In this document: one piece after another, positions 38,246 to 50,539 of the stretch
Layout of the letters: every line of letters begins with the position of its first letter
How positions within the stretch are numbered: position 1 is the first letter of the stretch
NCBI GenBank assembly: GCA_965203805.1
Contig: OZ241917.1
Coordinates: forward strand, 5,440,001-5,504,000
DNA from: Candidatus Latescibacterota bacterium
GTDB lineage: Bacteria > Latescibacterota > UBA2968 > GCA-2709665
Length of the DNA stretch: 64,000 nt
Reading direction: 5' to 3'
Translations under genes and position numbers: made by a program
The notes under the pieces: generated by a model
Told to the model about the DNA's origin: nothing
The model's input: the letters and a program-made list of their open reading frames with translations, nothing else
Database searches by the model: none

Positions 38246-39658
38246 TCAAAAAAGGTTGCCCGCTCGTTTTTCAAGGAGCAGCTTGCCGGCCTCGTTCTCG
38301 ATGGGGATGGGATAGTCCTGCGTAAAGCAGGCGGTGCAGTACTGAAGCGATGAATTGGGGGCCACGCCGAGCATGCCGTCGAGGGAGAGATAACCCAGGC
38401 TGTCCACGCCGAGGTGTTCACGGATCTGTTCCACGGTCTTGGCGCTGGCGATCAGTTCCTTCTCGGTCTGAAAGTCGATGCCGTAAAAGCATGGCCCGAC
38501 GATTGGCGGGCAGCTCACGCGGACGTGAACCTGACGGGCGCCGGCTTCGCGCAACATTCGAATCAGGTGTTTGAGCGTCGTGCCCCGGACAATCGAATCT
38601 TCCACGACAACCACGCGCTTTCCATTCAGAACGCCCCTGACGGGGTTGTATTTGAGGCGGACCTTGGACGATCGGCTGTCCTGTCCCGGCGTGATAAAGG
38701 TGCGTCCCACGTAGTGGTTCCGTATGAGGCCGATTTCGTGTTTGATGCCGGATTGATTGGCGTAACCCAGCGCCGCGGTATTGCTGGAGTCCGGCACGGA
38801 TATCACGATGTCCGCGGCGGCAGGCTGCTCGATGGCAAGTTGCCTGCCCAGCCGGCGCCGGGTCTTGTCCACGTTGTCGCCGAAGATGATGCTGTCGGGC
38901 CTCGAGAAGTAAATGTATTCGAAAATGCAGAACGCGTGCCGGTCGGCCTCCTCGGTCGTGAAGGCGCGGAGACCGTGCGTGTCTATCATCACGAGTTCGC
39001 CGGGTTCGATGTCGCGAATGTAACGCGCCGAAATGATGTCGAGCGCGCATGACTCGGACGCAACGATCCAGGCATCGCCGAGCTGACCCAGACACAACGG
39101 ACGGAAACCGAAGGGATCGCGGGCCGCGAACAGCTGGTTTTCCGTGGCCAGGACCAGAGAATACGCGCCGTCGATCTGCCTCAGTGCGCCTATGATACGA
39201 TCGACCATCTTCTCTTCCCGGGACCTGGCGACGAGATGGAGGATCAGTTCGCTGTCGGTTGTGGTCTGAAAGATGGCGCCGTCGTCCTGCATCCCGTTGC
39301 GGAGTTCGGCTGTATTGGTGAGGTTGCCGTTGTGCGCGACGGCGACGAAGGCGTCCCGGCACTCCGCCAGAAAAGGCTGGGCGTTGGAAAGGGTGTCCGA
39401 CCCGGTGGTCGAATACCGATTGTGTCCGATGGCCAGGTGGCCGGGAAGCCGCTCCAATACGCCGGCTTCCGCGAATACATCGGCCACCTGTCCCATTTCG
39501 GTGTGGCGAAACAGGTACTCGCCGTTTCCGGAAACGATGCCGCTGCTCTCCTCGCCCCGGTGCTGCAGCGCGTGCAGGCCCAGCGTGGTGAGCTTCGCCG
39601 CATCGCTATTCCCGTAGATGCCGAAGATGCCGCAAAAGTGTTTGACACTATTGTCCAT
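38246..39658 (-). CDS. purF: Amidophosphoribosyltransferase
   Basis: Propeptide then CGIFG, LQHRG, GHNRYST, EDSIVRGTT. Confidence 0.97.
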   Translation of the reverse strand: MDNSVKHFCGIFGIYGNSDAAKLTTLGLHALQHRGEESSGIVSGNGEYLFRHTEMGQVADVFAEAGVLERLPGHLAIGHNRYSTTGSDTLSNAQPFLAECRDAFVAVAHNGNLTNTAELRNGMQDDGAIFQTTTDSELILHLVARSREEKMVDRIIGALRQIDGAYSLVLATENQLFAARDPFGFRPLCLGQLGDAWIVASESCALDIISARYIRDIEPGELVMIDTHGLRAFTTEEADRHAFCIFEYIYFSRPDSIIFGDNVDKTRRRLGRQLAIEQPAAADIVISVPDSSNTAALGYANQSGIKHEIGLIRNHYVGRTFITPGQDSRSSKVRLKYNPVRGVLNGKRVVVVEDSIVRGTTLKHLIRMLREAGARQVHVRVSCPPIVGPCFYGIDFQTEKELIASAKTVEQIREHLGVDSLGYLSLDGMLGVAPNSSLQYCTACFTQDYPIPIENEAGKLLLEKRAGNLF

Positions 39659-39739
39659 CGACCCTCCTGTCGGCGGTATGCAGGACTGTTGTGCAGGAAA
39701 CTCGCGAATGGGTCAAAGTGCTCGCAGGGTCCGTAAACG

Positions 39740-41905
39740 TCAGTGCCGGCGTCGCCGCCGCCTGCCCGCTTTCCCTCTGCGGCGCCGGCCGCGTTCGGGC
39801 GTGGACCCACCTTCTTTAAGGAAGAGATCGAGCCGTCGGAATCTCCGGTCGGCGTGTACAACCTGAACCACCACCGGGTCGCCCAGCCTGAAACGCCTGC
39901 CGCGACGTTCTCCAATCAGGGCGCCTTCGGTCTCGTGATACACATAGTAATCGTCTGCCAGCGTACTGACCCTGACGAGTCCGTCGATCAGGAATTCTTC
40001 GAGCTGTGCGAAGAATCCCATGGGCCGGACGCCAACGATAACGGCGTTGAATACATCGCCGACGCGATCTTCCAGATAGCGGATCTGTTTGACCTTGATG
40101 GACGCCCTCTCCGCCTCCTGAGCCACGGTTTCACGGCCGGTCGTGATCCTGCCCAGAGCCGGCAATTTTTCGCGGAGCCCGTTCTTTCTTTCTTCGGTCA
40201 ATCCGCCGGCTTCTCTCAGCAGGCGATGGACCATCAGGTCCGGGTATCGACGAATGGGGGATGTGAAGTGGGTGTAGTTTTCGCAGGCAAGACCGAAGTG
40301 GCCGATGTTGTCCGGTGAGTACACGGCTTTCTTCATGGACTGCAACAACCATGCATTCAGTACCTGACCGACAGGCTTCCCTTCGACGTCCGCAAGAAAC
40401 TTCTGAATGTCGGCCGCAGTAATCCGGTTCCGCCGTGGAAACCCGAATCCGAAGGCTGCCACGGCGTCTGCGAATTCCGAGAGTTTACTCGCATCGGGCT
40501 TTTCGTGAACCCGGTAGAGGCCGGGCAGATTCCGGTCGCGCAAATGGCAGGCCACGGTTTCGTTGGCCAGCAACATGAACTCTTCGATAATGCGGTGGCT
40601 GTCGAGGCGTTCGCTCTTGCGAATCGAAGTGACATTGCCCTCCCGGTCCACGTCAAGAAGGGGTTCGGCAATATTGAAATCGATCGCGCCTCGCTTCAAT
40701 CGCCGGCGGGTAATGCGCCTCCGAAGATTGTCCATCTTCCGCATCAGGCCGCTGTGGGGCGTTGACCCGGTCTTTCCGCCGCCGTTAAGACACTTCTGGG
40801 CCTGCAGGTAGGACAGCTTCGCCCGGCTTCGGACCACGGACGGGACGATCTCCGCCTTCGTCGATCTCCCGTTTTCGTCGAGATCGATGAGAACGCTGAT
40901 TGCAAGCCGGTCCTTGTCCGGCAGGAGCGAGCACAGGTTTCCGGACAGCCTTTCCGGCAGCATGGGAATCACCCGGCCGGCGAGGTAGACGCTGGTTCCC
41001 CTCGTCAGTGCTTCATGGTCCAGCGGGCCGCCTTCCTTGACGTAGTGCCCGACGTCGGATATGTGCACGCCCAGACGGTATCCGCCTCCGGGCCGGTCTT
41101 CGAGAGAGACGGCGTCGTCGTGGTCGCGGGCGTCTTCCGGATCGATGGTAATGCAAACGAGATGACGGAGGTCCTGCCGTTTGCGGGTTTCCGCCGCGGG
41201 AATCCGGTCTGAAAATTCCTCCGCGGCTTCGAGAACGTTCGGGGGGAACTCGATGGGAAGGTCGTACTCTTTCACGATGGAAAGGGTGTCGATGCCGGGG
41301 TCGTCGGGGTGTCCCAGGATTTCGACGATCTCGCCTTCGGGATCGGGATTTTCCGGGAGCCACGACCTGAGGCGGACCACAACCAGCTGACCGTCCCGGG
41401 CCCCACCGGCATCTTCCGGGGAGACGTAGACGTCCCTGGGCATTCGGGGATCGTCCGGTTCCACAAATCCGACGCGCGGTCCGGCGCGAAAGATCCCGAT
41501 AATACATCTCGCGCCGCGTTCCAGTACGCGGACGATCTCGCCTTCGGGCTTTCCGCCGCGCCTGCGGGAAACGCGGGCCACCACACGGTCGCCGTGCAAC
41601 CCGCCGCGCAGGCCCCCCGGCCCCACGAAAATATCCGGGGTTCCACCGTCGCGACAAACAAACCCGAATCCGTCGGGGTTGACGCTCAGCAGACCCGTGG
41701 CGAGATTGAGCCGGTCAGGAGGACCGAAGCGGTTGTTGCGCAGCCTGACGATCGCGCCTTCCCGTTCGAGTTGGATGAGCAGGCGACGAAATTGCCGGTA
41801 GTCGTGCTCGGGCACTCGCAACGCCCGGCTCAGTTCGCGACGTTTGAGCGGGCGGCCCGCTTCTTTACAGATGAAATTCAGAACCCGGTCGCGGGTTATG
41901 GGCAT
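39740..41905 (-). CDS. rnr: Ribonuclease R
   Basis: TIDPEDARDHDDA, YTHFTSPIRRYPD, S1 domain, basic tail. Confidence 0.96.
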   Translation of the reverse strand: MPITRDRVLNFICKEAGRPLKRRELSRALRVPEHDYRQFRRLLIQLEREGAIVRLRNNRFGPPDRLNLATGLLSVNPDGFGFVCRDGGTPDIFVGPGGLRGGLHGDRVVARVSRRRGGKPEGEIVRVLERGARCIIGIFRAGPRVGFVEPDDPRMPRDVYVSPEDAGGARDGQLVVVRLRSWLPENPDPEGEIVEILGHPDDPGIDTLSIVKEYDLPIEFPPNVLEAAEEFSDRIPAAETRKRQDLRHLVCITIDPEDARDHDDAVSLEDRPGGGYRLGVHISDVGHYVKEGGPLDHEALTRGTSVYLAGRVIPMLPERLSGNLCSLLPDKDRLAISVLIDLDENGRSTKAEIVPSVVRSRAKLSYLQAQKCLNGGGKTGSTPHSGLMRKMDNLRRRITRRRLKRGAIDFNIAEPLLDVDREGNVTSIRKSERLDSHRIIEEFMLLANETVACHLRDRNLPGLYRVHEKPDASKLSEFADAVAAFGFGFPRRNRITAADIQKFLADVEGKPVGQVLNAWLLQSMKKAVYSPDNIGHFGLACENYTHFTSPIRRYPDLMVHRLLREAGGLTEERKNGLREKLPALGRITTGRETVAQEAERASIKVKQIRYLEDRVGDVFNAVIVGVRPMGFFAQLEEFLIDGLVRVSTLADDYYVYHETEGALIGERRGRRFRLGDPVVVQVVHADRRFRRLDLFLKEGGSTPERGRRRRGKAGRRRRRRH

Positions 41906-42178
41906 GGCGATATTCCATCCCGGTCACGCAGATCCTGAAACAATTCCGAAACGCGGGCGCCGCCGCTATTCTCTTGATGCACGGAGGCGAAATCTTTACC
42001 TTTGTGCGACCGTCTGAGTACGCATTTAATATATAAGCAAGCGCGGAGAAAATCAAAAATAAATGGGCAGAAATAATGGAAAATCCACTCAGATGAGAAG
42101 GTGGGTTTCGAGGAGTTCATCCGGGTTCGCCGGGTAGAGCGTACCGCACAGGAAGTATTTCACCAAAGGAGTCTGGTT

Positions 42179-42640
42179 ATGAGACGTCTGATACCGGTAG
42201 TCCTCCTGCCGCTTTCTCTGATGTTTCTGCACGGGTCTGCAGGTTCGCACTGTGAGATCCCCTGCGGGATCTATGGCGACGACGCCAGGTTCACCGCCAT
42301 CGCGGAGAATCTGACGACGATAGAGAAATCGATGAATCAAATCATCCAGCTTTCGTCCGAACCGGGCAAGAACGCGAATCAGATCGTCCGGTGGGTGAAT
42401 AACAAGGAAGCCCATGCGGACCACATTCGCGAAATTGTGGCGCAGTACTTCCTGGCGCAGCGCATCAAGGCGCCCGCGGACGACGATCCGGCCGCGCGCG
42501 CGGCCTATTCCGGGAAGCTGGCATTGCTGCATCAGATGATCGTCTCCGCGATGAAATGCAAGCAGACCACCGACACCGCGCACGTCATGAAATCGCGGGA
42601 ACTGCTGCAGGCGTTTCAGACGCTCTACAATAAGAAATAA
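42179..42640 (+). CDS. sodN: Nickel superoxide dismutase with hydrophobic leader
   Basis: Ni-hook HCEIPCGIY after a signal-like leader; RWVNNKEAHA. Confidence 0.93.
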   Translation: MRRLIPVVLLPLSLMFLHGSAGSHCEIPCGIYGDDARFTAIAENLTTIEKSMNQIIQLSSEPGKNANQIVRWVNNKEAHADHIREIVAQYFLAQRIKAPADDDPAARAAYSGKLALLHQMIVSAMKCKQTTDTAHVMKSRELLQAFQTLYNKK

Positions 42641-42690
42641 GAGATAGCCGGCCGCGGGCCATCCTGAACATGCGAGCCGCAGGAATAATC

Positions 42691-42725
42691 ACGCCGGATC
42701 TTCCCGGGAAGGTCCGGTGTTTTTT
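42691..42725 (+). terminator. Intrinsic terminator after sodN
   Basis: acgccggatcttcc/ggaaggtccggtgt stem followed by a T run. Confidence 0.75.
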
Positions 42726-42744
42726 CGCAATGGTCAGATTTTCC

Positions 42745-42773
42745 TTGCCAACAATAAGCCGGTATGATATATT
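42745..42773 (+). promoter_or_regulatory. sigma70 promoter of groESL
   Basis: TTGCCA-N17-TATATT with extended TG. Confidence 0.7.
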
Positions 42774-42782
42774 TGTCGTTCG

Positions 42783-42809
42783 TTAGCACTCAACAACTCA
42801 GAGTGCTAA
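42783..42809 (+). promoter_or_regulatory. CIRCE element (HrcA operator)
   Basis: Perfect TTAGCACTC-N9-GAGTGCTAA upstream of groES. Confidence 0.97.
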
Positions 42810-42884
42810 CAACTGGCTGTTAAGCGCTTATAATCAATAAATCTAACGCCGATCCCGTCTCATTTCTTCAAGGAGGTAAGAGAC

Positions 42885-43181
42885 ATGGCAGTCAATGTGA
42901 AGCCGCTGGGAGATCGAGTGCTGGTCAGGCCCCAGGAAGAAGAAGAACAGGTGAAGGGGGGCATTATCATTCCGGACACTGCGAAAGAGAAGCCTCAGCG
43001 CGGTGAAATCGTTGCCGTCGGCGACGGCAAACTGGACGATTCCGGAAACAGAATTGCTCCGTCCGTGTCGTCCGGCGACGTCGTGCTTTACGGTAAATAT
43101 TCCGGCACCGAAGTGCGGCTGGACGACGAGGACCATCTCATCATGTCCGAGAGCGATATCCTGGCGATCATTGAAGACTGA
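42885..43181 (+). CDS. groES: Co-chaperonin GroES
   Basis: [20 protein letters not shown]. Confidence 0.98.
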   Translation: MAVNVKPLGDRVLVRPQEEEEQVKGGIIIPDTAKEKPQRGEIVAVGDGKLDDSGNRIAPSVSSGDVVLYGKYSGTEVRLDDEDHLIMSESDILAIIED

Positions 43182-43195
43182 GGCAGTTCCTGTAA

Positions 43196-44839
<1,644 letters not shown>

Positions 44840-44883
44840 CAACGCGCGGTCTCCGCTCCCCGCGCGGGAGCGCGGATAGCAAT

Positions 44884-44929
44884 AAAAAAAGAAACGCGCC
44901 CTGAACGTTCGGGGCGCGTTGCTTTTTTT
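44884..44929. terminator. Bidirectional intrinsic terminator
   Basis: A tract, aacgcgccctgaac/gttcggggcgcgtt stem, T tract. Confidence 0.85.
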
Positions 44930-44947
44930 AAATGAAAACCCGGCGCT

Positions 44948-46126
44948 TCAATCGTCCGCGGCGGCCTGCTCCGTCACGCCGCTGCAGAAAGCGACGTAGT
45001 CGATCAACTCGGTAATCTCCGGGTTGTCTCCGCAGACCGGGCAGGCGGGGTCGCGCCGGATCTTGAACGTGCGGAAACTCATGGCCAGCGCATCGTACAT
45101 AAGCAATCTGCCGATAAGCGGTTCGCCCTGACCGAGAATCAGCTTGACCACTTCGGTGGCCTGAATCAGGCCCACGGTTCCCGGAAGGACGCCCAGAACC
45201 CCCGCATCGGCGCACGACGGCGCCAGTTCGGCGGGCGGCGGTTCGGGGTAGAGGCACCGGTAGCAGGGCCCCTCCAGGTCGCAGGGATAGATGGTCACCT
45301 GGCCTTCGAAACGGAAAATGCTCCCGTCTACGATGGGTTTGCGCGCGAAAACGCAGGCGTCGTTCACCATATACCGCGTGGGGAAGTTGTCGCAGCCGTT
45401 CACCACGAGGTCGTAGTCCGAGATAATGTCCATCACGTTGTCGGAGTTGAGAAACTCCACATAGGGGACGACCTTGCAGCCGGGATTCAGGTCTTGCAGG
45501 GTCTCGCGCGCGGAGATGGCTTTCGGCCTGCCCAGGTCGGATGTGCCGTGCAGGATCTGACGCTGGAGATTGGTTACGTCCACCACGTCCGCGTCCACGA
45601 TCCCCAGGGTGCCAACGCCGGCCGCGGCGAGATAGTAGGCTGCCGGGCAGCCGAGTCCACCGGCGCCGACCAACAGCACCTTCGCGTCCAGCAGCTTTCC
45701 CTGGCCCTTTTCGCCCACTTCGGGGACCAGGAGATGCCTCGAGTAACGTTGGACCTCGGCTTTGCTGAGCGCTCTGTCGCGCTGAACCGGAAAGCCCGCC
45801 TCCACCCAGGCGTCGTAGCCGCCCTCCAGGTAAACGACGTTGTCATACCCCATGTTTATCAGGTCACGCGCCGCAAGCGGTCCCTGGTTTTCGTCGCCGT
45901 AAACGAGGATGGCGGTTGAGCGGTCATTCGCCACGGTCTCGATGCGCAGTTCGAGAAATCCTCTGGAGAGGTTTTCCGCGCCGCGGATATAACCCTCGGC
46001 GTAGTCCTCACGTTCACGGACGTCCAGAAGCAGCACGCTGTCCATCCGCTCCCGCGCGTCTTCCGGTGAAATGCCCCGGACCTCGCTCCTGACGTTCACC
46101 ATTAGCGATTCAAATGCCGCAATCAT
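44948..46126 (-). CDS. moeB: Rhodanese-like domain fused to MoeB/ThiF adenylyltransferase
   Basis: RYSRH, GAGGLG, NLQRQ, CYRC, SCADAGVLG, CPVC. Confidence 0.9.
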   Translation of the reverse strand: MIAAFESLMVNVRSEVRGISPEDARERMDSVLLLDVREREDYAEGYIRGAENLSRGFLELRIETVANDRSTAILVYGDENQGPLAARDLINMGYDNVVYLEGGYDAWVEAGFPVQRDRALSKAEVQRYSRHLLVPEVGEKGQGKLLDAKVLLVGAGGLGCPAAYYLAAAGVGTLGIVDADVVDVTNLQRQILHGTSDLGRPKAISARETLQDLNPGCKVVPYVEFLNSDNVMDIISDYDLVVNGCDNFPTRYMVNDACVFARKPIVDGSIFRFEGQVTIYPCDLEGPCYRCLYPEPPPAELAPSCADAGVLGVLPGTVGLIQATEVVKLILGQGEPLIGRLLMYDALAMSFRTFKIRRDPACPVCGDNPEITELIDYVAFCSGVTEQAAADD

Positions 46127-46263
46127 AAGATCCCCCTGGTGCAAAGAGGTTGTCATCACGTACCCGTAATGTATCCAATTCCGGCCCTGAAGGCAAAATT
46201 AATGTCGGCGTTCAGGAATTACGTCATCTGAATATCGCCGGACATCAGGGTCCGTCCTGGAGT

Positions 46264-47082
46264 TCACGAAATGGTAATCCTGGGTCCCGGCTGTTCGAAG
46301 GCGTCGATCGGGTCCACGATCTTCCTCGCGATCTCGAGGAAGGTCCGGGCCACATCGGTTTTCCCCGCCGCGATCGGGTCGCCGGCGTCGCCGCCTTCGC
46401 GAATGGCCGGAAGGATGGGCAGTTGACCGAGCAGCGGGATGTTGAAGGCCTGGGCGATCCGATCGCCGCCGCCCGTGCCGAAGATGGCCGCGGTTTCGCC
46501 GCAGCAGGGACATGCGAATACGCTCATGTTTTCCACGGCGCCCAGAACGGGCACGTCCACTTTGCGGAACATCTCCACGCTTCGCGTTACGTCTTCCAGC
46601 GCAACGTCCTGCGGCGTGGTGACGATCACCGCACCGCTGAGCGGAACGGTCTGGGCGAGGGTGAGCTGGGCGTCGCCGGTTCCGGGCGGAAGATCGACAA
46701 CGAGGAAATCCAGCGCGCCCCAGGCAACGTCGGACATGAACTGCTGGATCATCTTTCCCACGATGGGGCCTCGCCAGATCACGGGGGTGTCCTCGCCCGC
46801 GATGAGTCCGAGAGACATCAGTTTGACCCCGTGTTTTTCGAGAGGGATAATCTTGCCGCCCACTGCCCGCGGCTGTTCGGTCGCGCCCAGCATCATCGGG
46901 ACATTGGGCCCGTAGATGTCGGCGTCGAGCAGGCCGACGGTCTGCCCCATGCGCGCCAGGGCGACCGAGAGGTTCACGCTGACGGTGGTCTTGCCCACAC
47001 CTCCCTTGCCGCTGGAAACGGCCACGATATGCTCGACGTCGGGAATGGGGCGCGGTTTCGGCATGCCGGGTGGCATTTGCAT
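46264..47082 (-). CDS. mrp: Mrp/NBP35 Fe-S carrier ATPase
   Basis: SGKGGVGKTT, DLPPGTGD, ENMS..CPCC. Confidence 0.95.
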   Translation of the reverse strand: MQMPPGMPKPRPIPDVEHIVAVSSGKGGVGKTTVSVNLSVALARMGQTVGLLDADIYGPNVPMMLGATEQPRAVGGKIIPLEKHGVKLMSLGLIAGEDTPVIWRGPIVGKMIQQFMSDVAWGALDFLVVDLPPGTGDAQLTLAQTVPLSGAVIVTTPQDVALEDVTRSVEMFRKVDVPVLGAVENMSVFACPCCGETAAIFGTGGGDRIAQAFNIPLLGQLPILPAIREGGDAGDPIAAGKTDVARTFLEIARKIVDPIDAFEQPGPRITIS

Positions 47083-47136
47083 GGATTCGTTCCTTGACGT
47101 GTGTTGCGTGGTTTGGGGTCTGTATGACCGGGCGCG

Positions 47137-48315
47137 CTACATGCGGCGCTGACCTGTATTGACGTAAGGTGAGATCTCCCGCAGCCGTTCGACTTCGCCG
47201 ATGACCCGTCCCGCCACGTGGTCGATCTCGGCTTCGACGTTGAATCTTCCAATCCCGAACCGGATGCTGCTTTCGGCCAGACGGTTCGAAACCCCCAGCG
47301 CCCGCAGCACGTAGGAGGGTTCCAGCGCCGCCGAGGTGCAGGCGGATCCGGAAGAGAGCGCGATCTCATTCAGGCCCACCATGAGGCTCTCGCCATCCAC
47401 GCCTTCGAAGCTGAGGTTCAGGTTTCCATCCAGTCGCTCCGTCGGATGTCCATTGAGGAAGACGTCGTCGAGTCCGTCGAACAGACGGGTCTTCAGTCGC
47501 TCGCGCAATCCCCGGAGCCGGGCGCCTTCAGAGGCCATTTCCGCGCCCGCAAGTTCGCAGGCCGCCCCGAGGCCGACGATACCCGGCACGTTCAGCGTGC
47601 CGGAGCGCATGCCCCGTTCGTGGCCGCCGCCGTCGATTTCCGCCACGAGACGCACGCGGGGCCGGCCGCGAACGTAGAGGGCGCCCACGCCCTTGGGGCC
47701 GTACAGCTTGTGGGCGGATATCGAGAGCAGGTCGATGCCGAGGGCCTGCACGTCGATGGGCAGCTTGCCCACGGCCTGAGCGGCGTCGCAGTGGAAGAGG
47801 ATGTTCCGTTCCCTGCAGATGGCGCCGATCTCGTCCAGGGGCTGCACGGTGCCGATCTCGTTGTTGGCCGCCATAACGGAGACGAGCAATGTGTTATCGC
47901 CGATCTCGTCCGAGACGGCTTCCGAATCGACGCGTCCGTAACGGTCTACCGGCAGGACGGAAACGTCGAAACCACGCCGTTCCAGCGCTTTGCACGAATC
48001 GAGGACGGCGTGGTGTTCGGTGGCCTGGGTGATGATGTGCCCGCCTTTCTCACCGCACACGGAAGCCACGCCCTTGATGGCCAGGTTGTCGGACTCCGTC
48101 GCGCCGCTGGTGAAGACGATATCCCTCGCGTCGGCGCGAATCAGGTCCGCAATCTGCTCCCGGGCCCGGTCCACCGCGGTTTCAGCGGCCCACCCGAAGC
48201 TGTGGGTACGGCTGGCCGCATTGCCGAAATCCGCCTTGAAATAGGGCATCATCTCGTCCAGTACCCTTGGGTCGACCGGCGTCGTGGCCTGGTTATCCAT
48301 ATATATGGGCGTCAT
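47137..48315 (-). CDS. iscS: Cysteine desulfurase
   Basis: [27 protein letters not shown]. Confidence 0.95.
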   Translation of the reverse strand: MTPIYMDNQATTPVDPRVLDEMMPYFKADFGNAASRTHSFGWAAETAVDRAREQIADLIRADARDIVFTSGATESDNLAIKGVASVCGEKGGHIITQATEHHAVLDSCKALERRGFDVSVLPVDRYGRVDSEAVSDEIGDNTLLVSVMAANNEIGTVQPLDEIGAICRERNILFHCDAAQAVGKLPIDVQALGIDLLSISAHKLYGPKGVGALYVRGRPRVRLVAEIDGGGHERGMRSGTLNVPGIVGLGAACELAGAEMASEGARLRGLRERLKTRLFDGLDDVFLNGHPTERLDGNLNLSFEGVDGESLMVGLNEIALSSGSACTSAALEPSYVLRALGVSNRLAESSIRFGIGRFNVEAEIDHVAGRVIGEVERLREISPYVNTGQRRM

Positions 48316-48336
48316 AGCGGTAACGATCGGGATCGG

Positions 48337-48601
48337 ACTTCGGTGAGACGTGAGCCGGTAGACGACAAATGAAAGACCCGAAAGCGGTGAGACGGTAGAC
48401 GGGAGATGAAGACATTTACAGCAGTGTTTCTACATAAACCGTGCCTGTATATTTACCGTTATCGTAACGACTAGAAAAACCTTAGAGCACTCACGGTATC
48501 TCACGTCTCCCGTCTCACCGCTCACCAGGGGAGGGTGGCCGGGTGCGGTTTGAACTTGACTCAAGCTGACGGCTGAGAGCTGAAAGCTATTGGCTGCCTT
48601 T
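48337..48601. repeat. Cassette locus 4: H>, H>, A, <H, E(-)
   Basis: 48337-48364 matches the reverse complement of the right end of locus 1; A at about 48409-48497; CAGC module at 48556-48601. Confidence 0.85.
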
Positions 48602-49532
48602 AATCGCCTTCAAAAAGCGCTGTGACAAACGCTCCCGGTTCGAAGTCGCTCAGATCGTCCTGACCCTCGCCCAGGCCGACCATGCAGACCGGGAGACCGA
48701 GTTCGTCGGCAATCGCAATGACAACGCCGCCTTTGGCCGTTCCGTCCAGTTTGGCCAGAACCAGGCCGGTAATGCCGATGTCCGCGTGAAACCGCCTGGC
48801 CTGGGCCACGGCGTTCTGTCCGGTGGTCGCGTCCAGAACCAGCAGGGTCTCGTGCGGGGCGCCGGGGACGCATTTTCCCAGGACGCGGCGAATTTTCTTG
48901 AGTTCCTCCATCAGATTGACGCTGGTGTGGAGCCGCCCCGCGGTATCGATGATGACAATGTCCATGTCGCGGGACCGGGCGGCGGAAAGGGCGTCGAACG
49001 CCACGGAGGCGGCGTCCGCGCCCGGCCGATGGCGAACGATGTCGGCGCCGGAACGTTCGGCCCAGATCGTAAGCTGATCGATTGCGGCGGCACGGAACGT
49101 ATCGCATGCGGCCAGAAGCACCCGCCGGCCCCTCGCGCCGTACCGGCAGGCCAGCTTTCCGATCGTGGTCGTCTTTCCCGATCCGTTGACACCGGCCACC
49201 AGGATGACGTGCGGCCTGGTCCGGGGAGGTATCGGGGAAGCGGGTTGCGCGGTCCGGAGGATGCCCATCAGTTCGGTTTCGAGCCGGCCGCGGACCCAGT
49301 CTTCCGCCCCTTCCGGCGCAGGTCCTTCCCGCAGGCGCTCGCGAAGACGGTCGATGATCCGCAGCGTGGCGTTCACACCCACGTCTGACCGGATGAGGAT
49401 TTCTTCGATCTCCTCGAGGGTTTCTTCGTCCAGTTTCGGGTTTCGGCGCAGAACCTCGGTGATTCTCCCTGACAGCCCTTCCCGGGTCTTTGAGAGACCC
49501 TTTTTGAATTTTTCCAGAAAATTTCCGAGCAT
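48600..49532 (-). CDS. ftsY: SRP receptor FtsY
   Basis: GVNGSGKTT, DTFRAAA, DTAGRL, KLDGTAKGG. Confidence 0.97.
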   Translation of the reverse strand: MLGNFLEKFKKGLSKTREGLSGRITEVLRRNPKLDEETLEEIEEILIRSDVGVNATLRIIDRLRERLREGPAPEGAEDWVRGRLETELMGILRTAQPASPIPPRTRPHVILVAGVNGSGKTTTIGKLACRYGARGRRVLLAACDTFRAAAIDQLTIWAERSGADIVRHRPGADAASVAFDALSAARSRDMDIVIIDTAGRLHTSVNLMEELKKIRRVLGKCVPGAPHETLLVLDATTGQNAVAQARRFHADIGITGLVLAKLDGTAKGGVVIAIADELGLPVCMVGLGEGQDDLSDFEPGAFVTALFEGD

Positions 49533-49633
49533 TGTTGCCGCGGGCTCCTCGTGTACGCCATGGAGACGGGAGAACCAGACAGGGGCACGGCGCGCCGTGC
49601 CCCCGGGGCGTAGTTGACGGTGGGGTTCGTCCG

Positions 49634-50539
49634 TCAGTAAGACGATTCCCGGAGGAGGTCCAGGATGCGTTCCAGATCGTCGTCGGTGTAGAACTCGATT
49701 TCGATTCTTCCCTTCTTCCCCCGGCGGTTGATGTTCACCCCCGTCCCGAAACGACGCTGAAGGTCTTCTTCCAGCGAGAGGGTCTGGGGGTCCTTTCCCG
49801 CGGGACCGGCCCCGGGCGGTTTCCGGCGACCTGTTCTTCCGGCTTTGACAAGGGTTTCAACCTGTCTCACGGAAAGGCCGTCGGCGATGATTTTCCTGCA
49901 GAGATTCACCTGGAGACGATCGTCGGCCAGGCCCAGCAGCGCGCGGGCGTGGCCCATGGAAATCTGGTTGTCCTTCAGGGCGTTTCTGACTTCCTCCGAG
50001 AGGTGGAGAAGACGCAGCGTATTGGTCACGGTGGACCGGTTCTTGCCGACTTTCCGCGCCACCTCTTCCTGAGTCAGGAAACAGGTCTCCATCAGCGCCC
50101 TGTACGCTCTGGCTTCTTCAATCGGATTCAGATCCTCCCGCTGCACGTTCTCGATCAGTGAGATTTCCATCATTTCCTGATCGGACCCCACCTCCAGCAG
50201 GATGGCGGGGACGGTCGCCAGGCCGGCCTTCTTCGCGGCGCGGAGTCGGCGCTCGCCCGCGATGAGCTGGTAGGTCGACCCGTAGCTCCGGGCGACGACG
50301 GGCTGGATGACCCCTTTTTCCCGGATCGAGTCCGCCAGTTCCTGTACGGCATCCGGATCGAACTCGGCACGTGGCTGGTGCGTGTTGGGCTCGAGATCTC
50401 CGATGTCGATCTCGAGCACCCGCGCCCCCGGATGGAGATCGCCCGTATCCGTTGAACCCGCTGTCCGGTCCGGGGCGGATTCGTCGGCGCCGGGGATCAG
50501 CGCGCCCAGGCCTCTGCCCAGGACGTTACGCTTTGCCAT
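49634..50539 (-). CDS. parB: ParB/Spo0J partition protein
   Basis: LGRGLGALI, IAGERRLRA, ENVQREDL. Confidence 0.96.
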   Translation of the reverse strand: MAKRNVLGRGLGALIPGADESAPDRTAGSTDTGDLHPGARVLEIDIGDLEPNTHQPRAEFDPDAVQELADSIREKGVIQPVVARSYGSTYQLIAGERRLRAAKKAGLATVPAILLEVGSDQEMMEISLIENVQREDLNPIEEARAYRALMETCFLTQEEVARKVGKNRSTVTNTLRLLHLSEEVRNALKDNQISMGHARALLGLADDRLQVNLCRKIIADGLSVRQVETLVKAGRTGRRKPPGAGPAGKDPQTLSLEEDLQRRFGTGVNINRRGKKGRIEIEFYTDDDLERILDLLRESSY

